This document shows, one piece after another, positions 1 to 11,009 of a DNA stretch of 64,000 nucleotides. The notes below the pieces were generated by a model. That model saw nothing but the letters and a program-made list of their open reading frames with translations, had not been told where the DNA came from and searched no databases. A program made the position numbers and the translations under genes. Position 1 is the stretch's first letter. Each line of letters starts with the position of its first letter. The stretch spans positions 63,488,001-63,552,000 of the forward strand of contig NC_082713.1 in the NCBI RefSeq assembly GCF_030144855.1, given 5' to 3'. The stretch comes from Hypanus sabinus (Eukaryota).

Positions 1-2071
1 AGTGAGGCCAGATATAGGAAGTTCATATAGGTTAGAAACAGGCTAAGTAGTTGGTGTAAGAGAACAGACTTCAGATTTTGGATCAATGGACTCTCTTTCA
101 GGGAATGTGGGGCCTGTACAGAAGAGAAGGATTGTACCTTAACTGGAGGGGTCTAATACCCTGGTGGGAAGACTTGCTAGTATTGCACAGAGTAGGGTTA
201 AAGGGTTAAACTAGAGTTGCAGGGGGATGGGAACCAAAATGCCAGAATTGATAATGGAGTGGTTGTGGAGGTAGATATTGCTAAGCCCTCGAGGTCAGAT
301 GTCAAATGGTTAAGCATGGAGGGACTAATGTTCTCCGTTGCATAAATATACTGTAAATGACAGAAGTATTATAAGAAAGACTAATGAGCTCAGGGCATGG
401 ACCAACACATGGAATTATGACTAAGCCATAATTAAGACTTGGTTGCATCATCCACAGGACTGGAAGGTCAATATTCTGGAGACAGGTGGGTTAAGGGGTC
501 AGAGAAAATGTCACAGCAGTGCTCAGTCAGGACAGACAGGAGAAGTGAAGCTTTATGGGGTTATGTCATAGACCACCCAACACTCTGCAGGAGCTAGAGC
601 AACCCATTTATAAAGAGATCGTAGACTGTTGTGAGCAAAATATGTATTATTAAAATAAGTGATTTTAGCTTTCAAAATATTGAGTGGGACTCACATACTG
701 TAAAAGGACTGGATGGATAGAGATTGTCAAATGGGTTCAGGAAAGTTTCTTAATTAGCACATGGAAGTTCCAATGAGAGAGTGTGGAATACTGGATCTCC
801 AACTAGGGAATGAAACAGGGTAGGTGACAAAGGTTTGTGTAGGGGGACATTTTGCATCTAGTGATCATAATGCCATGAGTTTCAAGGTAATTATTGAAAA
901 GGATAGATGTGGTCTTTGGATTGAGATTGTAAATTGGAGAAAGGACAATTTGGTTGATATCCGAAAGGATAAGCAACTTTAGATTGGGACAGACTGTTCT
1001 CTTGCAAAGGTGTGCTTAGTAAGTGGGAGGCCTTCAAAGGTGAAATTTTGAGAGTACAAAGCTAGTATATGCCTATCAGAATAAAAGGCAAGGATAACAA
1101 TTTTAGGGAACTTTGGTGTTTTGAGAGGTGTTGAAGTTCTGGTTACGTTCAAAAAAGAGGCACATAGCAGGTAGAAACAAATGAGGTACTTGGGGAAAGT
1201 ATGCAATGCAAAAGAACACTTAAGAAGGAAAACAGAAGAGTGAAAAGAAGGCATGACATTCTTCGAGTAGGTAAAGTGAAGGAGAATCCTAGGACCCTCT
1301 ACAGATATGCTAAGCAAAATTTTTGCAAGGGACAAATTTTTTCTCTGGAAGATCAGAGTGGTAATCTAAGAGTGAATAGAGATGGGAAAGATCTTAAATT
1401 GATTTTTTTAGCATCTGTATTTACTCTGGAGTTTGAAACAGTTTCCATAGAAGTGAGCAAAGCAGCAGCAAGGCCGTGGACCCTGTACGGAGTACAGAGG
1501 AGGAGGTGTTTTCTGTTGTGAGGCAAATCAGGGTGGATAATTTCCCAGGACCTGACAAGGTGTTCACTCAGACTCTCTGGGAGGCAGGGGCGCTTGCAGA
1601 GATATTAAAATCATCCATAATGACAAGTGAGATACTGGAGAATTGAAAGAGAGCTAATGCTGTTTCACTGTTTAAGAAAAGCTCTAAAAATAAACCAGGA
1701 AATTTTAGGCTTGTGAGCCTAATATCATTAGTGGAAAAATCATTGGAAGGTACTTGGTTATACAGGGGCTGATTAGTGATAGTTAACAAATTTCATGACA
1801 CATGCCAATGATAATAAACCTGATTCTGATAGACAGCTTGGCTTTGAGCATGGTAAATGATGTCTCACCAATCTTATAGAGATTTTCATGGAAGCTACCA
1901 GGAAAGTTGATGAAGACAATGCAGTGGATGCTGTCTACATGGACCTTAGCAAGGCATTTGACAAGGTCGTGCATGGGAGGCTGGTCAAGAAGGTTCAGTG
2001 GCTCAGCATTCAAGATGATGTAGTGAATTGGATTAGACATTGGCATTGCAGGAGAAGCCGGAGAGTAGTAG

Positions 2072-2286
2072 TGAAGGGTAACATCATTGGTGGAAACATA
2101 TGCATAATTCACAACCACCAGCATTGAGCTGAAATTCACTTTAAGAGGCTGGTCTGAGGTGATGATGTAATGGCATGAAGATTTTACTGTGCTTTATATT
2201 ATATGTTTGGTCAACGATAAAAGTGAGCTGTTAAAGTTTCCCTTAACCTTAAAACACGGCTTCCATTTTATTTACAAAACCCTACA
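2072..2286 (+). repeat. 5' LTR of the Gypsy element at 2072-5150
   Basis: Starts TG, ends CA, is followed by the PBS, and is homologous to 4946-5150. Confidence 0.85.
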
Positions 2287-3194
2287 TTGGTGACCCCAAT
2301 GCTCAAAGATGATTCCAAAGTTATTCAAAGTATTGGCCAACACAGTTGCTTTGAAACTGCTGGAGTTCTGGGAGCAAAATGCTGTTGCTTGATTTGTACA
2401 AGCTGAGGCTCAATTTACCACCCAAGAAATCTCCATGGACAATACCAGATATTACTATGTTGTTGTATTACTCAGTAGTTCCATGGCAGTGAGAGTAGTG
2501 AATCTGCTTTTACACCTGCCGGAACATGAAAAATATCGCATACTGAAAACTCACCTTTTACTGACTTGTGGAATATTGGTGTCTGAGCGTGCTAAATAGT
2601 CACTCTCCTTGGCCGGCCTAGTGGTTGCTAGGACTTCGGAGCAGTCTCTCCTGGGAAATCACCATCCTCTTCATTTTTAAATAATTTTTTATGCAGCAAA
2701 TGCCTCAGGAAGTTCTCATATCCCTCATTAATATGCCTGTGAATGACTGTAGGGAGCTTGGTAAATTGGCTGATAGTCTACACTCAGCCAGGCAGTGATG
2801 CACAATTCTTCCTTCTTTCCCTACCTCGATAAGCCCAGTCAGCAAAGCCTCCAACACACTTGTGCCCGTGGCTGCGAAACAGACAATGCTGGGTCTGTGT
2901 ATTTACCACACTCACTTTGGTACAAACAGTGCCAGCACATTGCAGTCTTGGAGGTCTGTGAACACTGTGGGTTCCAGCAGCCAGGGTCATCTACTGTTCA
3001 TTACGGACACATTTTCAGGGTGATGCTTCTTATGTGACATGGGTGCTCAAGTGAGTGTGCTGTCAGCATCATTTATTGATCAGAAGGCAAGGAGTGATGA
3101 AGCCTCACTGGATGCCACCAAAGGTAGCAGCATCCATACTTATGGAACACGGTGAGTGACACTCTGCTTCAGTGTGACATATGTGACTTTAGCA

Positions 3195-3602
3195 TCCCAC
3201 TCCCCCATTGCCCATTATGCTGCAAGCATTTAGGGCAGCAATGAAGGCCCTCCATCACTGGCGGTGTTCAGGGCTTCCTTCACCATCTTAGCAGCTCAGT
3301 TTTCACTGCTGTCGGTCATGAAAGTTCCAGCTGGAGACACAGGAATACCATCGCACTCAGATGTAGAAGGATTCTTCATTGCTGTTTCCGTAACAGTTTT
3401 ATTTGACCAGTCGGGGTTGTTAGCCCTGAGTTGATCCCTGAACCTGGAGGAACATTGGACATACTCTTAGTTTGGCCTTTACCCTTTGACGTGTTTGGCA
3501 TGAGTGACCCTACCAAGAACCAAAGTATAAAGCCCTGACTCCAACCAGAATAGCACACAAGCCTCCAAACCACAAGGTTGAATTCTCTTGGAGTCTTGGA
3601 GG
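3195..3602 (-). mobile_element. Short non-autonomous RTE-related retroelement inserted in the Gypsy protease region
   Basis: It interrupts the Gypsy pol between protease and RT. It carries RTE-type end sequences (ggcatgagtgaccctacc...; catttagggcagcaatgaagg) and has a possible degenerate TSD gactttagc/gacttcagc. Confidence 0.5.
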
Positions 3603-4945
3603 ACTTCAGCAGAGGTTTGGCTAAAGTAGCAAAGATATCCTGAGTGCTCGAGGACTGTTGGTTGGTCTTAAGAATTGCTATCTTGTGGATATCAAGGACT
3701 TTGTGTTGTTACCCTACACTGCAGTAATTTCCGATTGACTCTGTCAAGCGAATGCGCCACTGCATGTGAGTTTGTTTGACCACTGGGCAAATTCCCAAAC
3801 CACATCAAACCCACGGTCTCAACTAGTTGCAAAACTTGGGATCAAATTCCACATTTCTACAAATGTGGAATAGACCCAGGAAAGCTGTAACCACGAAGGC
3901 TGTGGTTGCCAACATGGAAAGGGTTGGCATTGTATACAGGTCGAATAGCCTCACTCCTCCACATGATCCCTAAGTCCAATGGTGTTTGCCACTCATGTGG
4001 TGATTATTGATGCCTTAACAAGGCCATCACCCCTGATCATTGTTTGTTCCCAAGACTTTCTGTCACATTTAATCGGAATGCTTATTTTTTCTGAAGTTCA
4101 CTCAGCGGTTACCATCAATTGTTTGTATGCTCAGAGGACATTCCCAAAATGGCTGTGATAACCCTGTTTGACTTCTTTGAGTTTGCACCTGGTGGCTCAG
4201 TTTGGCTCCACGTCTAATATTTCCTCAGTCTACAGACCCCAGTTCATATCAGACATCTGGGCTGCGATGGCCCAGGGCCTTGATGTTATGTACATCACAC
4301 CATGGTATATGACCCACAGTGCAATGGCCTATGTGAACAGTTTCACTGCTCCTTAAAGGCTCTACTGTGGGCTTCCCTGACGGATGAGTCTCCTATGGAT
4401 CCTTCTGGGGCTCAGAAAGGCTTCAAAAGAGGATCTTGCAGTTCTCTGCAGCTGAGCCAGTGTACAGGTAGTCATTACAAGTGCCAGGTGATTTTATTCC
4501 TGATGCCATGACCACCTGGAGCACTCAGCAGTGTTCCACACTCCTCAGTCAACTCAATTCCTTTGCACCTAATCCTACTTCCCATCATGACATACAGCAC
4601 CATTGGCTTTCTGTTGACCTACCGTCTGCCTTATTCATTTTCATCTAGCATGATGCACACCAGCATCTCACAAGCCCATTCAGTGTTTTGGAATGGAGAG
4701 AAAAGACTTTTTTCATTGGTAGAAGGGATAAATCTGAATATGTTTCGGTAGATTGCCTTCAGTCAGCCCACCAAGATTTGGAGGATTTCACTACCATGCC
4801 TCTGGCATCACGTCAACACACCTCTGGTTGAGCTGGAAGCACCTACTGTTACTCCACCCATGGAATTCAGGATCCGAGCTGGGTGGCACGTGTGTGCTCC
4901 GGATAGGCTCATAATGTCAGTTTTGGTGAATTCTGGGGAGTCCTG

Positions 4946-5150
4946 TGTAGGGTAATGCAATGGTTGGAAACATGCATAATTCACAACCACCGACATTGAG
5001 ATGTAGTTCACTTTAAGAGGTTGATTTGACATGATGACATGAAGATTTTACTGCTTTTTATGTTCTGCGTTTGATTGACAATAAAAGTGAGTTTTAACGG
5101 TTTCTCTTAAACTTAAAACGCCTCTGCTGTTATATTTACGAAAACCTACA
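4946..5150 (+). repeat. 3' LTR of the Gypsy element at 2072-5150
   Basis: Preceded by purine-rich ggggag. Runs tgtagggtaa...aaaacctaca, contains aataaa, and is followed by TSD gtag. Confidence 0.85.
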
Positions 5151-5499
5151 GTAGATGGATGCCTCTCAGACTGGAAGCTTGTGACTAATGGAGTGCCACA
5201 GGAATCTGTGCTGGGTTCATGTTGTTTGTCAGCTATATGACCAATCTGGATGATAATGTGGTTAACTTGATCAGCAAATTTATAGATGACACCATGATTG
5301 GTGTGTAGTGGTTAGCAAGCAATGCTATCAGAGCTTGCATTGGGATCTTGGCCAGATGGAAAAAGGGCTGAAAAATAGCAGATGGCATTTTATGTGGCGA
5401 AGTGTGAGATCTTACATTTGGTAAGACCAACCAGAGTAGGGCTTACACACTGAGGAGTGCAGTAGAGCAAAGGTATTTGAGAATACAGTGGCGTCACAG

Positions 5500-6227
5500 T
5501 GTTGGCCAGAAAAAACTGCAGTCCGATCAAGCACAGGGAATGCAGACAAGGATTGTCTGTGGACACAGGAATGTGGACACAGGAAGCTTCAGGTAAGGAT
5601 CTGCTAAACCTGAGGCCATTCTCAATCAAATTGTTATGTAAAGGGCGTGGCCTCTGAACTGATCCATGCTCTGGGACAATCTAATCAGGGCAATATACCT
5701 GAGACCATTCTCAGGAGTAGCTACTTGTTATGTAAAATACCAGACCTGCAATCTGTAATCTTGTTAGACTCTGTCTGGGTTGCCTCAATTAACTGGTTTG
5801 GACCAGTCAGAATGTAAAGACAGAAATACACAAGGCTAGGGTGGGCAGAGCTATAAAACAATGTTGGCTGTAGCCCTGTACAATGACCAGTAAGAAGGTG
5901 ACCCAGGTAGGTCAGGTGACCTTCAGCCAATGGGATGGAGATCCAGTGGGTCTCAATGAGGAACAGTATAAGACTCAGGAGCTCCAAATACTCAGGGGTG
6001 ATAACTCTCCAGCAGCCAGAGACCAACTATTGCGGATAAGGAGGACCCCACGGACATGAGATGGAAACCACGAGGAACGCCTGGTCAGCGTGGACTCCTT
6101 ACCTGGGTAATGTCCTTTTCTCTTTATTAACTGTTCATGGACTGTCAGGGAATTCTGGTAGGGTGCTCACACAGCGAAAACTTGTGAACCCACGTGCTTT
6201 TAGTTGAAATGATAAAAGTTACTTGTC
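5500..6227 (+). repeat. 5' LTR of the ERV-like element (U5 end deleted)
   Basis: Highly similar to 9969-~10752 up to ...gttacttgtc, then joins directly to RT sequence. Confidence 0.85.
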
Positions 6228-6232
6228 AGGCC

Positions 6233-8815
6233 CAATATGTAGATGATCTGCTCCTGCAGACCAAAACCAAGCAGGAACATTATCAGCTGTTGACAGAACT
6301 GTTGGAATTATTATTTGCTTTGGGACTAAAGGTAAACACTAAAAAAGCATAGGAAATGAGACAAGAAGTTAGTTATTTGGGAATGATCTTGCCTCTGGGG
6401 AAAAGAGAAATTGATAAGCAAAGAGTAGAATTGGTTATGAAACTGCCAATTCCCCCGAGACCTGAAAGGGCTGCAGTCCTTTCTGGGGTGGGTAGGATAC
6501 TGTAGATATCTCATTGATGGATTTTCCACTAAGGCAGCTCCTTTAATGGAGTTACTGAAAAAGAATGTGGCGTGGGGATGGAAATCAGAACACACTCGGG
6601 CCATCACAGCTCTGAAGCAAGCATTGGCCACGGCGCCTGCTCCAAAAACCCCAAATCCAAATGAGCCATTCTCATTGGCGGTGGCTACAGCTGATACCAC
6701 CCTCTCAGTAGTGCTGTTACAGGAGCCGCATGGGAAGTTAAGACTAGTAGCGTATGCATCAGACATGTTCTCACCAGCAGAACAGGGGTATACTGTATGT
6801 GTTAGCAGTTTTCTGGGCAGTACAACATTTTGCCTACATAGTGGGACTTAATTCACTTACAATACTGACAGAACATACCCCCATACAATTACTGTTAGAT
6901 GGAAGGATTAAAGATAGATAGCCAAAATAGAATTGCTAGATGGACATTGCTACTGCAAGGAAGAAATATTAGTAAAACGTGAGTAAACACTACTTCCATG
7001 TTAGCTGACAACCTGGTGTACCAAGGAAGTGAACATGAGCGTCAAGTTATGATAGCAAATGATCCCAGGGCCCATTTGTACCAAAACAAAAAAGAGGGGT
7101 TCGAAGCAGATCAGATAAATAATGACTGAGAACAAAGAAACAAAGGTAAAAGAAAAACCCTACTTTAAAATTTTTGTAGATGGCTCCTCATTAGTGCAGG
7201 ATGGAGGGAGAAGAACTGGGTGTGGCATATACGTAGAGGATGAACGTGGCCAGGAAAGGTATAGTATCGCTTTAAAGTTACCCAAAACCATGAGTGCACA
7301 GGCAGCAGAATTGGCAGCTGTAGCATATGTGGTTAGCCACCCAGAACATTTCCCGCCAGGGTCGATCGTACACTCTGATAGTATGTATGTTTGTAACAGC
7401 CTTACAGAATGTTTGCCTCTGTCGGAAGCCGGAGGCTTTGTTTCAGTTGGTGGGAAGCCCCTCCCATCTGCTGCTCTATTGCAATATATATTTGAAGAGG
7501 CAAAAAGAAGAGAATATGGAGTAGTAAAGGTGAAAGCCCACTCCAGATTATCTCCTGAAGGAAATAGAAAGGCTGATGAATTGGAGAAGTAAGATGCTTC
7601 ATTTGGGCCAGAATGGCAGCCACAGATTGGGGAGATTGGGAGGCAGAAAGAACAATGGATTAAGGTTATGGATTTAACAGAGGAGCAGAAAAACTATAAA
7701 GAATTTAAAAAATGATAGAAGGTGCAGGGTCTGTAATATACAAAGAGCACAAGGGTGTGTTTGTCAAAGATGGAGTTGTCCTTCATGAAGGTAAGTTTGT
7801 GGTTCCAGAGGAAGAAATGAGATGATCCATTGCTACCATGATCTATGGGGACACCAGCGGTGCAAAAGCACCCTGGAAAACATCAAGGAAGTGGGCTGGT
7901 GGCCTAAGATGATGGATGATGTGGAACATTATGTCAAAAATTGCTTGATTTGTGCACAATATATCCTGATAGAAATGTAAAGGAAGGAGCCTTTCGACAC
8001 GCCAGACCAGTGGAAGAGCCTTGCAGATAGATTATGTTGGTCCCTTACCACCAACCCCTGGAGGGTACAAATATATTCTGGTAGTAATAGGTACCTTTAC
8101 GAAGTGGGTGGAAGCTTTCCCAGCTAAGGTAAACACAGCAAAGGCCACTGCAAAAATCCTATTGGAAAGGATATTCACTTGCTGCGGACTACCCTGGAGT
8201 ATTGAATCAAATCAAGGCACACATTTCACGGCCCGGATAATGCAAGATGCCATGGCACTTCCAGAGATGGTTCAGAGATTTCATATGCACAGTCCAGTTG
8301 AATGGTGGATAGGATGAATGGACCAATAAAAAAAAATTATTGCAGAAGTGGTGCAACAACATGGCAAGAGGTTTTGCCTTGTGCCTTGATGATAATGAAT
8401 ACAGTGGCATCTTCAACTGGTTACACCCCATATAAACCCACGACCAGAAGGGACATGAGAGGATTGGAGGAGTTGTTAGGATTAGATAACTCAGAACCCG
8501 AAATCAATGGGATTGTCAGAAAAGTGGGTACAACAATTGGTAGAGACAGTGAAAGAGGCCAATTATGTGGCAGCCCACCAAATAGGAAAGAAAAAGCAAC
8601 AAAGTAAAGCCTACTTTGACTCAAATTCAGTCCCATAGAATTAAGACCAGGATAAATAGTGATGATTAGAATACACCAACCCACCTCATTTTTAAATCCA
8701 AGGTTTGCAGGGCCTTGTGAAATTATAGACTAAGCAAACCCTTCAGCGTGCAAAGTACTGACTTCTCCAGATAAAAGTGGGTGGTACCATATCAACCAGC
8801 TGAAATTGGTGGGGG
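6233..8815 (+). pseudogene. pol: pol remnant of the ERV-like element: RT C-terminal half, degenerate RNase H (tether), retroviral-type RNase H, integrase
   Basis: RT: QYVDDLLL and LQSFLGWVGYCR. Tether: FSLAVATADTTLSVVLLQEPHGKLRLVAYAS (6546-6851). RNase H: IFVDGSS...SAQAAELAAV...HSDSMYV...VKVKAHS...GNRKADEL (7122-7592). Integrase: HxxxGH/CxxC, QIDYVGPLP...FTKWVEAFP...ESNQGTHFT (8021-8317) and a PRFAGP...WYHINQLK tail. Multiple stops and frameshifts. Confidence 0.88.
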
Positions 8816-9192
8816 AGAAATGATATCACCATCGGTACATAACAATTGATGTACATGCTGGCCCTGATTTGGAAGACTTGAGGATGGAACAACTGTTCCA
8901 AGAAGATGGGAACAAACCCTATCAAAGGGATGATATGTAGTCCCCTCATCCTAGGACCCAGGACATTTTTGTCAAAAAAAACAAAGAAAAAGAAAATAAG
9001 CCAGTGCTTGTTCCTCCCATCCTGAAACAAAACTGGGTGAGGAAAGACGGATGGCTCGAGTCCAAAGACATTTGGGAGCTTAGATTGGATAGATTAGAAA
9101 CACAGATACAAAATATGGACTTAAAATAATTTAAGACTTAAGCTGGAAATAAGAACAGATAATAACCTTGTGGATTACAGGTTTAATTCAAC

Positions 9193-9836
9193 ATGAAGAG
9201 AATAATGTATTTTGTTGTGATGGCATTAACCATGACTGAGGGCATGGTCAGTTTTGTTCTAGAGCCAGTACAGCAGACAAACATGTCAACAGTGATATCA
9301 TTGCTTGGAAAATACTCAGTGAACAGAAATAAGTCATCTCAATTGACATGGGTAATACAGGCTAACAAAGGAGAAATGGAGGACTCAAACTTGTATTATA
9401 CACATTACTGAAGGAGAACTTCAAGATCCAACACACTGATACATATGAGTATCTGTGGGACTATGTTGTTACTGAATTGCCATCAATTTCTCACTTCACC
9501 ACAGACTGGACGCGTGTTGTGGTCCTAAGAGGCAAGAGAGTTAATACATCAATGGCCTAAACACACTAAACTAATTAAAACACATGCTGGTAAGGCAAAT
9601 GAACTATTGAGTAACCCAGGCTTTTGAGTAAATTTTGGAACTGGGGGACAAATCTTCAAATACATCTATGGGTAAGAATAGTATCACGTGCTGCTGTAAT
9701 ACTAATTTTATGTACCCTGATAATTGTATTGCTCAATGTATATCAACTAAGAAGATGGAAGGCTGAAGTAATGGGAAAAAGCAAGGACAATGAAACTGCA
9801 GAGATGATTCAGTATGGAATGGGTGAATTTAGTTAG
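9193..9836 (+). pseudogene. env-like remnant (signal peptide and C-terminal transmembrane segment, internally deleted or disrupted)
   Basis: It lies between the integrase and the PPT/3' LTR. ORF 9193-9411 starts with signal-like MKRIMYFVVMALTMTEG and has N-X-S/T sequons (NMS, NKS). ORF 9624-9836 has a Trp-rich stretch, then hydrophobic AAVILILCTLIIVLLNVY, then basic residues. Confidence 0.6.
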
Positions 9837-9968
9837 TAAATGTTAATATTTTTTATAGAATATAAGTGTTGCACACCTGCTGGGTTCCATGGCAGTCCTA
9901 TCAGCAGTCAACTGAATGAGAGGAGGATAACAATCCTGATAAATAGCTTTGGCTCAAGAGGAGGGAGA

Positions 9969-10812
9969 TGTTGGCCAGAAGAAACTTCAGTCTGATAAAG
10001 GACAAGGGAAGCAGACAAGTCAGTTGTCTTTGTTTCCCCCATTTTGTGGATTCTGAACAGTTTCTTGCTCTTGGATAATCTAATCCTAGCAACTGAATGT
10101 GGACACAGGAAGCTTCAGGTAATGATCTGCTAAAACTGAGACCATTCTCAAACAAATAGCCATTTGTTATGTAAAGGGAATGGACTCTGAACTGATCTGT
10201 GCTCTGGGACAATCTAATCAGGGCAATATACCTGAGACCATTCTCAGAGAAGTAGCTACTTGTTATGTAAAATACCAGACCTGCAATCTGTAATCTTGTT
10301 AGACTCTGTCTGGGTTGCCTCATTTAACTGGTTTGGACCAGTCAGAGTGTAAAGACACAATTACACAAGGCTAGGGTGGGCAGAGCCAGGAAACAATGTT
10401 GGCTGTAGCCCTGTACAATGACCAGTAAGAAGGTGACCCAGGTAGGTCAGGTGACCTTCAGCCAATGGGATGGAGATCCAGTGGGTCTCGATGAGGACCA
10501 GTATAAGACTCAGGAGCTCCAAATACTCAGGGAAGATAACTCTCCAGTAGCCAGAGACCAACCATTGTGGATAAGGAGGACCCCACGGACATGTGGAGAT
10601 GGAAACCATGAGGAACGCCCGGTCAGCATGGACTCCTTTCCCAGCTAACATCCTTTTCGGTTCATGGACTGTCAGGGAATTCTAGTAGGGTGCACACAAA
10701 GACAGCTTGTGAATCCACGTGCTTTTAGTGGGAACAATAATAGTTACTTGTCGGTAACTACAGATCCTCTGTGCCTTACTGATCATTATTTCAAGGGGTG
10801 ATTCTTGTAACA
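9969..10812 (+). repeat. 3' LTR of the ERV-like element (~844 bp)
   Basis: TG...CA ends, PPT immediately upstream, TSD acag downstream, homologous to 5500-6227. Confidence 0.9.
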
Positions 10813-10890
10813 ACAGGTAGATAGCTTTTTAAAGAAACCTTTTGCTACATTGGTCTTCGTTGATCAAAATATTGAGTACAGGATCAAAAT

Positions 10891-11009
10891 CATGAGAAAG
10901 TCTGCAGATGCTGGAAGTCCAAAGCAACAAACAAAAAATGCTGGAGGAACTCAGCAGGTCAGGCAGCATCTATGGAAATAAATAGTCAATGTTTCGGGCT
11001 GAAACATTG
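10891..11009 (-). mobile_element. Short Penelope-type (pLTR-derived) insert with a degenerate hammerhead motif
   Basis: Sequence tctgcagatgctgg...aaatgctggaggaactcagcaggtcaggcagcatctatgg...gtttcgggctgaaac, inserted in CR1 with a duplicated agtacag. Confidence 0.65.

Larger units (their letters stand above)
2072..5150 (+). mobile_element. Internally deleted Ty3/Gypsy LTR retrotransposon with both LTRs, a tRNA-Trp PBS and a 4-bp TSD
   Basis: LTRs are 2072-2286 and 4946-5150 (TG...CA, clearly homologous but diverged). TSD gtag is at 2068-2071 and 5151-5154. PBS tggtgacccc is at 2288. Remnants: gag VALKLLEFWEQN...AEAQF, protease FLCDMGAQVS (~3028), RT LHMIPKSNG...CGDY (~3960), then a jump to integrase VAQFG...PQFISDIW...PQCNGLCEQFH (4190-4350). 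Confidence 0.88.
5500..10812 (+). mobile_element. Deleted endogenous retrovirus-like provirus (LTR - partial RT - tether - RNase H - integrase - env remnant - LTR)
   Basis: LTRs are 5500-~6227 (3'-truncated) and 9969-10812 (tgtt...taaca). TSD acag is at 5496-5499 and 10813-10816, and PPT aagaggagggaga lies just before 9969. Coding remnants: RT QYVDDLLLQT at 6233, two RNase H-type domains, integrase, and signal-peptide and TM-bearing ORF remnants. Confidence 0.88.

Noticed and set aside
7122-7592. Host RNase H1 gene
   Set aside because: It is intronless, embedded between tether and integrase within LTRs, and part of a disrupted pol.
5390-10651. Duplicated ORFs (5721-6026 vs 10361-10651; 5390-5629 vs 9901-10323) as paralogous genes
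   Set aside because: They are the same antisense frames read through the two LTRs of one provirus.
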